64,000 bases of DNA from Euryarchaeota archaeon UBA53 (GTDB lineage Archaea > Thermoplasmatota > Poseidoniia > Poseidoniales > Poseidoniaceae): contig DAZU01000067.1 in NCBI GenBank assembly GCA_002507425.1, positions 2,502 to 66,501 on the forward strand. Reading direction: 5' to 3'. The notes beneath the pieces were generated by a model. That model searched no databases, was not told where the DNA came from, and saw nothing but the letters and a program-made list of their open reading frames with translations. Both the position numbers and the translations under genes were made by a program. Of the stretch, positions 49,906 through 59,599 are shown piece after piece. Numbering within the stretch: the stretch's first letter is position 1; every line of letters starts with the position of its first letter.

Positions 49906-50930
49906 CTTGGACTGTGGCCAGATCATGGCAAGCACCTAGCATTATTTCTAATGCGACTAGAGTAGGCAATTACTTACTAGTAGCTCATGGTCTTGAATTA
50001 GTTCTTTTAGATGATGAGTTGGAGCAGAGGTGGAACAAGAAACTACCGTTTAGAGTTCATGCTGCTGCGCATGATTCTGGAAAAATTGGTGTCTTGTACG
50101 GACACGGATTTCATTTGCTGAAGGCCAGTGATGGTTCTCAATTAGGGGAGGGAAGATCAACTCAAGGAGGCTTTAGCGATATCTTACCTCGACCAGGAGG
50201 TGGATGGGTTGTGTCATGTAGAAAAGGTCAATTGCATGTTTTCAACCAAGATGGTAGAGGATTGAAACGATTTGAAGTTGGAGGTGTTAGACGCTTAGTT
50301 GGGTGGTTTGACCGAGAACATCTATTGTGGCAAGATGAGGATGGAAAACTTCGGTGTGCAAGGTTAGCTAGGGAGGATTCGCAAAGGCTGCTTGAAGACA
50401 GAGTTTGGTCATGGGTTAGCAAGATGTCTGGTGGAAGATTACTCATGCAGAGTGCAGATGGAATGCTTTGGGAGGGTTCACCACACCCTTATGGCTGGGA
50501 TAGCTTAGATACCATCGACACTAGGTCACTAGAACCATTATCCGCACATAGAGCAGGTGACGGATGGTGGGTTCTATCGATCGAAGGTAGCCTCACATCA
50601 ATGACAGAAGATGTCGATATTGAGTCAATAAATACCGATTTAGGTGAGAACCTTGTTGGTTTAGCCGCAGATACAATGGCAACTGTAAGGCGGGACGGGA
50701 TGGTCAGAATTTGGCAATCTCCAGATATGGCAGAACTAAGAAGAGTTGAAATGCAAAAAATGGTTGCTGAGGCGAAGGCTGCTAGTGATTGGGAAGAGCG
50801 AAGACAAATTTTCAAGCGAGCCTGTGATGCTGAGGAACAAGGAAGAATATCACTTGCAATCGGTTTGTATGAATCACTTGGAAGGTCTAGCGACGTAAAT
50901 CGATTGATGAAAAGGCAGAGAGGGAATTGA
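49902..50930 (+). CDS. Hypothetical protein, probable beta-propeller with C-terminal helical/TPR-like tail
   Basis: Repeated Trp/Gly-rich four-strand units (DG.VRIW, GQLHVF, DGKLR); ATG at 49902 overlaps the previous stop (ATGA) and follows GGAGG. Confidence 0.62.
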   Translation: MTWTVARSWQAPSIISNATRVGNYLLVAHGLELVLLDDELEQRWNKKLPFRVHAAAHDSGKIGVLYGHGFHLLKASDGSQLGEGRSTQGGFSDILPRPGGGWVVSCRKGQLHVFNQDGRGLKRFEVGGVRRLVGWFDREHLLWQDEDGKLRCARLAREDSQRLLEDRVWSWVSKMSGGRLLMQSADGMLWEGSPHPYGWDSLDTIDTRSLEPLSAHRAGDGWWVLSIEGSLTSMTEDVDIESINTDLGENLVGLAADTMATVRRDGMVRIWQSPDMAELRRVEMQKMVAEAKAASDWEERRQIFKRACDAEEQGRISLAIGLYESLGRSSDVNRLMKRQRGN

Positions 50931-51227
50931 ATGGAGATAAATAATAAATTATCCAAAGAAAAGGTTGAGCATTACCTAAACCTAACAAAAAAAGCTAGGG
51001 AAAAAGCGACTCCAATTCCAGAAGAAGGCAGCAGCGACTGGGAAAAACTAGAAATTATGCTCAAAATGGCAGATGACTATTCTAGCGATGCTCAATTTTT
51101 CATGGAAAATGGTGATTATGTCAGGGCATTTGGTGCAATAAACTATGCGCATGCTTGGATAGATGCAGGCGTTAGGTTAAGATTGCTAGATGGCCATGGA
51201 GACGACCAATTATTCACTCTTCCATGA
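50931..51227 (+). CDS. DUF357 domain protein
   Basis: MADDYSSDAQFFMENGDYVRAFGAINYAHAWIDAG pattern. Confidence 0.85.
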   Translation: MEINNKLSKEKVEHYLNLTKKAREKATPIPEEGSSDWEKLEIMLKMADDYSSDAQFFMENGDYVRAFGAINYAHAWIDAGVRLRLLDGHGDDQLFTLP

Positions 51228-51246
51228 TAGGTCAATCTCTCTAATA

Positions 51247-51651
51247 TTATGACATAACATATCTTAGGTGGCTTCTACCAATTACTTCAATCCACGGAAG
51301 ACTAGCTCTAGAAAGCCGTCTTTTAAGTTCAGTATCAACGGTAAGAATTGGAAATTTGTTATTAGAGGCTACCGCAAATAATTGGTCGTCTGTATGTTTC
51401 CCAGCTTCAATAGGGGTGTCCAATAGAATAGATTTTTTCAACAGCATTGGAATCATCAGGTTAATTCCATCAATTTCTCTTAACTCGTCTAAAACCCTAG
51501 GTATAATTGCTAATTGTTTGATTCCAGAACATTCTAGTAGAGCTTTGTCAATATTCAGATTTGATTCAATTACAGCAACCCATCCACAAGTGTCAACAAG
51601 GACGCATTGCATGGCAATCACTGGATCGTTCCATGACCTATCAGTCTCCAC
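51247..51651 (-). CDS. PIN-domain protein (Fcf1/Utp24-like archaeal family)
   Basis: VLVDT, VLDEL, TDDQL, LTVDTELKRR; conserved position downstream of aIF2-gamma. The start may be about 39 nt further in. Confidence 0.8.
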   Translation of the reverse strand: METDRSWNDPVIAMQCVLVDTCGWVAVIESNLNIDKALLECSGIKQLAIIPRVLDELREIDGINLMIPMLLKKSILLDTPIEAGKHTDDQLFAVASNNKFPILTVDTELKRRLSRASLPWIEVIGRSHLRYVMS

Positions 51652-52856
51652 CTTGCGCCAACACGTCTCGATATCGATATTCTCTGTCCTTTATCTGCAC
51701 AAATTGGTAGTCTGAGGTTCAATGTAGCGCTTTCTTTTTTGGGGTTTGAAACTACTCCAACACTTGTTGCAGTTGCAACATTAACCATCAACATCTCATT
51801 GGACCGAAGTGGCATTATTTGACTAGGTTCCTCTCCTTCTCCTGAAACCATATTTTTCATGAGTTTCAATGAAATATCAACCTTATCTCTGACCTCTGGC
51901 AGTTCTCCGACTCTAGCGACAACTTGTCCAGAGAGATTATCGGATGTGGTCAGGGCAGGATCTAGAGGAGTTGCCATTCCACACAAACCGCCGGCATGCA
52001 TACTGTCAAGGTTTAATCCTCCACCTTGCATGCTTGAGACCTTTGTCTTGATTGGCTCGTAATGTACTTTGTTTCCTTTTTCTATCTTCTTACCAGGTCC
52101 AATCAATACCTCATCATCGATATTGAATTCCCCTTCAACAATACTTCCTCCGATTACTCCACCTCGAAGTTTTGTTGGCCGTGTGCCGGGTTTGTTAATG
52201 TCGAAAGAGCGAGCGACGTGCATGATAGCCCTTTTGTCTTTAGACCTGTCAGGGGTTGTTATGGTTGCTTCTATAGCCTGAATTAATATATCCAGATTCA
52301 CATCGTGATGTGCAGAAACGGGGATTATAGGAGCCTTTTCAACAATCGTGCCTTTTACAAATTCCTTTATTTCTTTATATGACTCAACCGCTCTTTCTTT
52401 CGTAACAAGATCGATTTTATTTTGGACAATAACGATGTTCTCTATGCCTGCAATCTCGAGAGCCATCAGGTGCTCTCGTGTTTGTGGTTGAGGACAGGAG
52501 TCATTGGCTGCTATCATTAGCATCGCACCGTCCATTATACTTGCACCAGTGATCATGATTGCCATAAGTGTCTCATGACCCGGGGCGTCTACAAATGAAA
52601 CCACTCTTTGTAGTTCTGTGGCATCATCATTTCCACCGCCCGGTCTTTTGCCGGTGGCATAATATTCTCCCTTATCGGTCTTGTAAAATGCGGTGTCGGC
52701 ATAACCAAGTTTTATGGATATACCTCTCTTTCTTTCCTCTGAATGAGTATCCGTCCATATGCCTGATAATGCTTGAGTCAATGTCGTTTTCCCATGGTCA
52801 ACGTGTCCTACTAGTCCAATATTCACTTCTGGTTGTTTGGGAAGCTTGCGTGCCAT
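51618..52856 (-). CDS. eif2g: Translation initiation factor 2 gamma subunit
   Basis: QPEVNIGLVGHVDHGKTT, RGISIKLGYA, DAPGHE, QNKID, RWRLIG. Confidence 0.98.
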   Translation of the reverse strand: MARKLPKQPEVNIGLVGHVDHGKTTLTQALSGIWTDTHSEERKRGISIKLGYADTAFYKTDKGEYYATGKRPGGGNDDATELQRVVSFVDAPGHETLMAIMITGASIMDGAMLMIAANDSCPQPQTREHLMALEIAGIENIVIVQNKIDLVTKERAVESYKEIKEFVKGTIVEKAPIIPVSAHHDVNLDILIQAIEATITTPDRSKDKRAIMHVARSFDINKPGTRPTKLRGGVIGGSIVEGEFNIDDEVLIGPGKKIEKGNKVHYEPIKTKVSSMQGGGLNLDSMHAGGLCGMATPLDPALTTSDNLSGQVVARVGELPEVRDKVDISLKLMKNMVSGEGEEPSQIMPLRSNEMLMVNVATATSVGVVSNPKKESATLNLRLPICADKGQRISISRRVGARWRLIGHGTIQ

Positions 52857-52896
52857 GCTCCCTAACCTCCTAAAACCTCAAACCAGTTCTGATGCT

Positions 52897-53376
52897 TCAG
52901 TCACTGCTCTCCTCGATTGACCCAAGAATATCTCCTAGGCTTTTGTTGGCAGCTTCCACGACTTTGAGATTTATTTGTCTTGTATCTTGAGTAATGGTAT
53001 TTCCTCGGAAGTTCCTGCGTTTCCTCATCCCATCAGGTTTGTATCGGAATCTTTTCTTTTCCCCGCCCTTTGATTTGAAAACTAGTGAATGGCCTTTGAA
53101 CCCAGTAGATGCAGTCACTAAAACGGATTGTCGATTACCTCCGCTTAGATCGCTCCGCATTGGAGTTCCTGTTTTGTCAGAGCCACCGGTGATTTCTAAC
53201 TTATAGCCAGCTAGAGTCTGCTCTCCCTCTCCAACGAAAATTCCGTCAACCAAATCTCCTATTCGCTTTCCTAGGAATTGTGATAGATTATTCCCACTGA
53301 TTGTCATGTTGTAGGAACGTCCACCGTTGTCTGGATTTGTGTCATTGACCACTGCGATAAACGTTGTCTCTGCCAT
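52897..53376 (-). CDS. rps6e: 30S ribosomal protein S6e
   Basis: LEITGGSDKTGTPM, GMRKRRNFRGNTI, QINLKV. Confidence 0.96.
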   Translation of the reverse strand: MAETTFIAVVNDTNPDNGGRSYNMTISGNNLSQFLGKRIGDLVDGIFVGEGEQTLAGYKLEITGGSDKTGTPMRSDLSGGNRQSVLVTASTGFKGHSLVFKSKGGEKKRFRYKPDGMRKRRNFRGNTITQDTRQINLKVVEAANKSLGDILGSIEESSD

Positions 53377-53446
53377 ATTATCAACTCTTGAGCGGCTTTG
53401 CGACTTAAGCAGGGTATTTATGCCCTTTTATCATCAAAAAATCAAT

Positions 53447-54631
53447 CTAACGACGTATTTTAGTCGGAATCAGCGTTTCGAGCCTGCGTGCAACATCGCT
53501 GGGAAGCATATGAGGCATCGAAATATGTTGAGTTCTGCCTCGACCAACCTCAGCTTTTGCAGTTCTTGTCACAATGATATCTTCTTGTGCCAATCTTTTC
53601 AGGTGTTTCCAGAGCGTAGTGTGACCTTTTGGAGATTCATCGAACTCTTCGCATACCACATGATACAGTTTTTCTGCTATACCGCTTGTAACACTTTCCT
53701 GCTTCTTTAATCTCCTACATAGACCTAACAAGATGAGCATTGCATGAACGGGTATATCGTCAATGTTCATCGAATCGACATTGTTTGGCATGGTGATAAC
53801 AGTCCTTTGAACATCTTTGGGTTCAATAATGGATCTACCTGATGATTCAGCACGCTTTGCAGCACCTTCTAGAAGTTCAATTGACTGCCTAGCATCTCCA
53901 GAGGGAGCAGCAGCCTGAGCCACTAATTCTAGAATTTCATCAGGACACGTTCCGGTGACTAAACCTAAATCTCTTCTCTGAGAAATTATTTGAAAAAGTC
54001 CGTTTTCATCATATGGAGGTATTCTGATATGATTTGAGCGCCCAACTCTTGACAACACCGCATTTTCTAGCAAATCCAAGATCTGCTCCTGACTTACTAG
54101 TATTGTTGAGAGCGTTCCAGTTCCATCTCTATCTTCATCAATTCGCATCAATTTGTAAATTATGTCATCTCCCGACCTTCTCAGCAGGTGGTCTACTTCA
54201 TCTAAAATTACTATTAAGTGAGAATTACTGTTGCTAAGCATCCTTCTTAAACTTGTTAGAAGTTCTCCAACTCCAAGGCCTCTGTCTGGGTGTCCAGGGT
54301 CCAAATCTTGGACTATTTTTTGCATCACCCGGGACGGAGTTGCAGCATTTCTGCAGTTAACGTGCACGTGCCGAATATTCCTTTTGTCGGCCAGATGTCG
54401 AATAACATCTTTACAGAAACGCTTTGCTAACGCAGTTTTGCCAGATCCTACTGGGCCGGTAATTACAGCTCTTGCAGTTCCTTCTGGGTGACTGATACTG
54501 CCAAAGATAGACGCCAATTCCTTTTGTAATTCTTCTCTTCCAACAAGGATATCTGGTATAAAATCAAAGCCAAAAACCTCGGGATTGTTAAGCACGAGGC
54601 CAGCACCGATTCGGTCTAGATAGGAACTCAT
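53447..54631 (-). CDS. cdc6: Orc1/Cdc6 replication initiator
   Basis: GREE, GPVGSGKT, HVNC, ILDEVD, PPY, GDARQSIELL, C-terminal winged helix (GRGRT). Confidence 0.94.
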   Translation of the reverse strand: MSSYLDRIGAGLVLNNPEVFGFDFIPDILVGREELQKELASIFGSISHPEGTARAVITGPVGSGKTALAKRFCKDVIRHLADKRNIRHVHVNCRNAATPSRVMQKIVQDLDPGHPDRGLGVGELLTSLRRMLSNSNSHLIVILDEVDHLLRRSGDDIIYKLMRIDEDRDGTGTLSTILVSQEQILDLLENAVLSRVGRSNHIRIPPYDENGLFQIISQRRDLGLVTGTCPDEILELVAQAAAPSGDARQSIELLEGAAKRAESSGRSIIEPKDVQRTVITMPNNVDSMNIDDIPVHAMLILLGLCRRLKKQESVTSGIAEKLYHVVCEEFDESPKGHTTLWKHLKRLAQEDIIVTRTAKAEVGRGRTQHISMPHMLPSDVARRLETLIPTKIRR

Positions 54632-54799
54632 GACTACAAAGGGTCATCGTCTATGGTTATTGAACTTTCAATAAGAAATTATCATGCAGATATCTCATAG
54701 GTAGTAATGTCGCAGATCGAGAGAGAAAAAATAGACTGATATTCATTGTCAAAATCACAATAAACAACGATGAGCAATAGGCACTATGATTCTGCGAAA

Positions 54800-55906
54800 T
54801 CAGTGTATCTGATCAAACTTGTATCCATTTTCCCACTTCTTTTCGCCTAAAACAACTTGCAATTCGTATGGGGTGAGCATAGGTTTCGCATATTTTACCG
54901 CATCATCGATTGCGATTCTAGGGCATGCGGTATTGACAAAAACATCCACAGGGTAGAAATCAATTAATTCTGGTCCAATATGTTCCATAGCGAGTAAGAA
55001 ACCTTTCTTGCCATGCTTCTCAAGCTTTCTTTTCATACGAAGAGCCAAATTGCGTCGCATTTGGCCAGGTTTGGCACCAATTAGTATTCCAAATCTATCT
55101 TTATCCATTGAGGACATAATCAATCCAGACCGTTGTCTTAGGATTCGTTCAATCCTTTCTCTACCCATCTCTTTGGCATCTCCAGAATATGGGTCTAACA
55201 TGGCCAGAGGCTTACCTGTGTGCAATACAAGACCGATTGGATGGAAATCTCCACTCCCAAGGAACACGTAGTGTCCGACAGTTGGATCATCTCCTGAGTA
55301 ATTGCATCCCAGCACCTGCCCGGGCAGTGTTAGTCTAGCTCCTCCAACTGGTATTGTGACATCAAATCCTGCGTCTTCGAAGTGTTTTTTGAATGTAGGC
55401 AGTAGGTGCAGGTGTTGTATGCTGCCCACCAATCCCAGTTTTGTATCAGTGAGCGGTGCAACTCTTCCCACCATATCTTCGAATTTGTCAATAGCTTCAA
55501 GTTCTGACAAGACCGGTCCAGATGCTCCGTTTAGACGACTTCTAGCAATCTCTCGGTGTGCGTGTAAGTATGGAAGAACGGGGGCAATCTCAGGACTTCC
55601 ATGGTAAGTCACAGGGATAAATTGAGTTGCCATTCCTGAATCAATATTCATCTGTGAGTGGCCCATGTGTGCTACTAATTCGACTCCTATATTCTGCATC
55701 TTGTCATGAACTAAATCACAGGCACCGTAGCATGGGTCTGCTGACAAAACAACCCTTGCTGAGGTCTCTGTTTCGATTTCATCCATCATTTCTAAAGCCT
55801 GCATCTTTAACCCTTCAGGTACTTGCAAGGCAATCAGCTTCAGGTCGTTTTGCTTGATTCTTTCAACGAGGTCGTCAAGTTGAAAGTCATGTCTGTCAAG
55901 GTCCAA
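54800..55906 (-). CDS. dph2: Diphthamide biosynthesis enzyme Dph2
   Basis: LQVPEGLK, CYGACD, GQVLGC, NTACPRIAIDD (three Fe-S Cys). Confidence 0.95.
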   Translation of the reverse strand: MDLDRHDFQLDDLVERIKQNDLKLIALQVPEGLKMQALEMMDEIETETSARVVLSADPCYGACDLVHDKMQNIGVELVAHMGHSQMNIDSGMATQFIPVTYHGSPEIAPVLPYLHAHREIARSRLNGASGPVLSELEAIDKFEDMVGRVAPLTDTKLGLVGSIQHLHLLPTFKKHFEDAGFDVTIPVGGARLTLPGQVLGCNYSGDDPTVGHYVFLGSGDFHPIGLVLHTGKPLAMLDPYSGDAKEMGRERIERILRQRSGLIMSSMDKDRFGILIGAKPGQMRRNLALRMKRKLEKHGKKGFLLAMEHIGPELIDFYPVDVFVNTACPRIAIDDAVKYAKPMLTPYELQVVLGEKKWENGYKFDQIH

Positions 55907-55991
55907 GCATACTCACCTCATCGTTTATGGTCCTACCTGGGGCTTCATCCATCTATTAATATGGGTTTGGCCTCACAAGTGCTTTGAACAA

Positions 55992-56393
55992 TCATCCCTC
56001 TGCTAAAAAGTCGACATACTCATCAGGTTCGAGCAAATTTTCCATGTCCACGTCGTGCGGGTTGAGTATGATAATCCAACCTAGATCGTATGGTGAGTCG
56101 TTCACTAAATCGGGATTAATCTCAACTTCACCGTTGACTTCAGCTATTTCGCCTGCGAAAGGGCTTGGGAATGTGAATTTCTCTTCTGCGGTCCAAATGG
56201 AGAATAGATTCTGCTCTTCATCTACCTCAGTTTCAGCATGCGGAAGGATAATTCTGAGTACTTCGCCAATGTCTGCAGCAAGAAAATCAGAGATGCCAAT
56301 TACTAAGCGGTCGTCCTTTTCTTGATACCAAAGATGGTCTCTTGAATACTTTCGGCTGTGTGCTATTCCAAATTCCATGACTTCATCATCCAT
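55992..56393 (-). CDS. Glycine cleavage H-like protein lacking the canonical lipoyl-Lys
   Basis: YSRDHLW, IGISDF, SPFAGEIAEVN, PDLVNDSPY..GWI; the ESVK motif is replaced by WTAE; ATG at 56393. Confidence 0.85.
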   Translation of the reverse strand: MDDEVMEFGIAHSRKYSRDHLWYQEKDDRLVIGISDFLAADIGEVLRIILPHAETEVDEEQNLFSIWTAEEKFTFPSPFAGEIAEVNGEVEINPDLVNDSPYDLGWIIILNPHDVDMENLLEPDEYVDFLAEG

Positions 56394-56497
56394 GGTCTTT
56401 ACCCGGGTCCCCGTGATACAAGTAATATATGAACGCACTGTTAATCATGAATTAACAATAGGTATCCATAAAATGCTTCAACCATTTGGGTGTGTTC

Positions 56498-57670
56498 ATG
56501 CGCTTTGAAGAGACGGAAGAGCAACAGATGATTCGCGAGATGGTAAGAGACTTTGCTGAATCAGTTTTACCTGAAACTATCGAGCATAGAGACGCCAATC
56601 AGGTTCCTCCTGCAGAGGAATGGGAGCAATTTTTGGAGTATGGATTACAAGGGATTGCGATTCCGGAGGAATATGGCGGCAACCCGGTTGATGATATTTC
56701 AGAGGCGATTATAATTGAAGAGCTCGCAAGAGTAGACCCTTCCTTCTCGGTGATGTTCTGTGTTCACGTCGGTCTATGTTCAAAAACCATAGCATTGCAC
56801 GGTAATGAAGAACAAAAGAAAAAGTATCTGACTAGACTTGCAGCAGGTGAAGTTGGTGCTTACTCACTTTCTGAAGCAGGTGCTGGAACGGACGCAGCTG
56901 CAATGGTCTGTAAAGCGAAACTTTCTGACGACGGTAAACATTACATCCTTAATGGAGAGAAAATGTGGGTCACTAACGGATCGCAAGCTCAAATTTACGT
57001 TCTATTCGCAAAGGATGTCGATCATCCAGATTACGGCGTCAAAAGGCATGGTGGCTCAACCGCATTTATTGTAGAGCAATCTTTTGAAGGTTTCACTGTC
57101 GGAAAGAAAGAGGATAAATTAGGAATAAGGTCTTCCGATACATGCACTTTGGTATTAGAGAATTGCAAGGTTCCAGTTGAAAATGTCTTGAAAGGGTCCG
57201 GAAAAGGGTTTGCGATTGCCATGAATGCTCTAGATAACTCAAGAATAGGTATTGCAGCACAGGCTCTAGGTATATCTCAGGGAGCCTATGAAGCCGCTTT
57301 GAAGTATTCACATGAAAGAGAAGCATTCGGGAAACCAATTGCAAATCATCAAATGATAACCTCGTACCTTGCCGACATGGCAACTAGGATAGATGCATCT
57401 AGATTACTCGTATACAAGGCATCATGGGCTAAAGAAGAACATTATGAAAATGGAGGGCCAAGACACACAAAAGAAGCTAGTATGGCAAAATTATATGCTG
57501 GCGATACTGCGATGTGGGTCACAGAAAAAGCAATTCAAGTCTTAGGTGGATATGGATATACAAAAGAATTCCCGGTTGAGAGATTCTTCCGTGACGCTAA
57601 GATTACTCAGATATATGAAGGAACACAAGAAGTCCAAAGAATCGTCATAGCGAGAGCAATTCAACCATGA
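56498..57670 (+). CDS. Acyl-CoA dehydrogenase (short/branched-chain type)
   Basis: LSEAGAGTD, LNGEKMWVTNG, KLGIRSS, REAFGK, GGYGY, IYEGT. Confidence 0.95.
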   Translation: MRFEETEEQQMIREMVRDFAESVLPETIEHRDANQVPPAEEWEQFLEYGLQGIAIPEEYGGNPVDDISEAIIIEELARVDPSFSVMFCVHVGLCSKTIALHGNEEQKKKYLTRLAAGEVGAYSLSEAGAGTDAAAMVCKAKLSDDGKHYILNGEKMWVTNGSQAQIYVLFAKDVDHPDYGVKRHGGSTAFIVEQSFEGFTVGKKEDKLGIRSSDTCTLVLENCKVPVENVLKGSGKGFAIAMNALDNSRIGIAAQALGISQGAYEAALKYSHEREAFGKPIANHQMITSYLADMATRIDASRLLVYKASWAKEEHYENGGPRHTKEASMAKLYAGDTAMWVTEKAIQVLGGYGYTKEFPVERFFRDAKITQIYEGTQEVQRIVIARAIQP

Positions 57671-57703
57671 CTTGGTTTTGTGATAGAACCCATTAGCAAC
57701 AGC

Positions 57704-59443
57704 TCAATTTAAGCCGTCTCTAATCCAGTTGATAATCTGGTTATATTTGGAGTCAGTATTGTAAGGCAAATGGTGATCAGCAGTTTGGCTATGAACATCC
57801 AAAGAGTTCGAAAACTTCTGAGCCAAAGCAGGCGCAAGGTCTTTGAAATTAACGTCATTTTCTCCTGAAAATACCATCGCTGGAACAGTGAAAGGTGCGA
57901 CTTCGTTAATTGTGTCAATAAGCCCTTCGTGAGTTGTAGGAAGGTATCCATTATACATCATAACTCGATTGAAAGTGTTGTCTGTATTAGCAAGATATAC
58001 CGGTATCATTGCAGCACCTTGAGAATAGCCCAATATTGCATAGAAAGGCCCTTGTTCTTCGACTATTTGGTCCAAATAACTGATTGACCTATCTGCCCAG
58101 TTTCTGTCTGTTGTTGGCTCTCCTTTACCTCCAGGTGGGTCTTTAATCCAGACATTGTTGCTTTCAGGTGTGCTTGCAAATACGAATTCAAACTCGCTCA
58201 AAGTATTCATCAAGTGTTGCATACCTTGTTGGTTCCTAAGGCCGTTTGCAGTTTCGCCTCCTCCGTGGAGTGCTAGAATCTTCAACGGCTGCTGAGGACC
58301 TATTTGGGAATCAGAGCATCCTACTGCATTTACCTGTTCACCGATAGGGGTCTCAGGACATTCATCCAAATTATTTGAAACTCCATCACTATCGTCGTCT
58401 TTTTGCGACTCTGCGCACCCTTGTGTATCAATGGCTTCGTTTTCGGGGGTGTTAGGGCATAGGTCTAAATCGTTAGTTAATCCATCATTATCATCGTCTT
58501 TTTGAGATTCAGAACATCCGTTATTATCAACAGACTTTCCTAGTTGGGTCATCGGACAAATATCCATGTCATTCATTATTCCATCATCGTCGTCGTCGGT
58601 TTCAGAATCCGAACACCCAGTTGAATACACTGGTTCTCCCTCTGGTGTGGAAGGGCAATCATCGACATCGTCCAGCACAGCATCACCATCCAGGTCTCCA
58701 ACTGGCTCTGGTGGCATTGGTAGCGTGACATCCACCGAGACTTCAGATATAGTAAACATACCGCAGGTTACGAAAAGTAAGCCATCAGTGTTATGTGTTG
58801 ATGTGTCGATTGTCAATGCATACAGTCCTATCGAACTGATATCTTCTGCTGTGACAAACATTGCTGGATTTTGTCCATCGGGGCGATATTCAAGATTACA
58901 GGTCTGAGGATAATTATGTAAAATTACGCCTCTTAAAGTTCCAATACTTTCATTCTGTGCAGGCTCTTCCCATGTGAACGTTATGTTAGCTTCTGGCTCG
59001 ACTGGCTTGACGATTTCTATTGAGGATGTAACTGAGTTACTTTGACTTCCTAATTCATCATATGCCTTAGCATCGATAATCCAAATTCCCGGATCTGATA
59101 GAGGAGTTTCTATGGTCCACAATCCTGAATTATCAAGGGAAATATTGTATGAGATTACAGGATTGATTTGATCATCTAAAATATTTATGAAAACATTAGA
59201 AGATTCAAGGTTTTCATCATATACGAATCCTTCTATTGTTGCGTTATTACCATTCCATAAGTGTTTGAATGAATCACTTAAAACGAGCTTTGGAGGATTG
59301 TTTTCATCTTCTTTTTCGACTATTTCTTGTATGGGTTCCTCATTATCCGTATTATCAGATTCAGTTAGAACAAATACGGTTGCTCCGGAACCTGCCATCA
59401 GAAAAACGACAAATAGACTTAGACCCAATGTCCTGCCATCCAT
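57704..59443 (-). CDS. Membrane-anchored protein with Ig-like domains, TSP3-like repeats and a C-terminal FSH1-family serine hydrolase
   Basis: N-terminal TM helix; LKILALHGG, GYSQG, GEND, ADHHLP (Ser-Asp-His triad). Confidence 0.82.
   Translation of the reverse strand: MDGRTLGLSLFVVFLMAGSGATVFVLTESDNTDNEEPIQEIVEKEDENNPPKLVLSDSFKHLWNGNNATIEGFVYDENLESSNVFINILDDQINPVISYNISLDNSGLWTIETPLSDPGIWIIDAKAYDELGSQSNSVTSSIEIVKPVEPEANITFTWEEPAQNESIGTLRGVILHNYPQTCNLEYRPDGQNPAMFVTAEDISSIGLYALTIDTSTHNTDGLLFVTCGMFTISEVSVDVTLPMPPEPVGDLDGDAVLDDVDDCPSTPEGEPVYSTGCSDSETDDDDDGIMNDMDICPMTQLGKSVDNNGCSESQKDDDNDGLTNDLDLCPNTPENEAIDTQGCAESQKDDDSDGVSNNLDECPETPIGEQVNAVGCSDSQIGPQQPLKILALHGGGETANGLRNQQGMQHLMNTLSEFEFVFASTPESNNVWIKDPPGGKGEPTTDRNWADRSISYLDQIVEEQGPFYAILGYSQGAAMIPVYLANTDNTFNRVMMYNGYLPTTHEGLIDTINEVAPFTVPAMVFSGENDVNFKDLAPALAQKFSNSLDVHSQTADHHLPYNTDSKYNQIINWIRDGLN
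58301..58696 (-). repeat. Four 33-aa thrombospondin type-3-like Ca-binding repeats
   Basis: Four units of DxDxDGxxxxxDxCPxTxxxxxVxxxGCSxSx. Confidence 0.88.
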
Positions 59444-59599
59444 GCCCCCTAGGAAATTATCAAATGTTATAATCGTAATTGAGAGATGATTTAGAAATTA
59501 GAAATGATTTGCGAGACATTTGCTACCTCGAATATCATTCCATATGTGGTTTTATTTTATAGGATGGTTCAGCTTGAAGTATTATAACAGGTGATTTAG

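Noticed and set aside
54632-54799. Replication origin (ORB repeats) upstream of cdc6
   Set aside because: No TTCCAGTGGAAAC-like box or G-string was found by eye. A divergent origin cannot be excluded.
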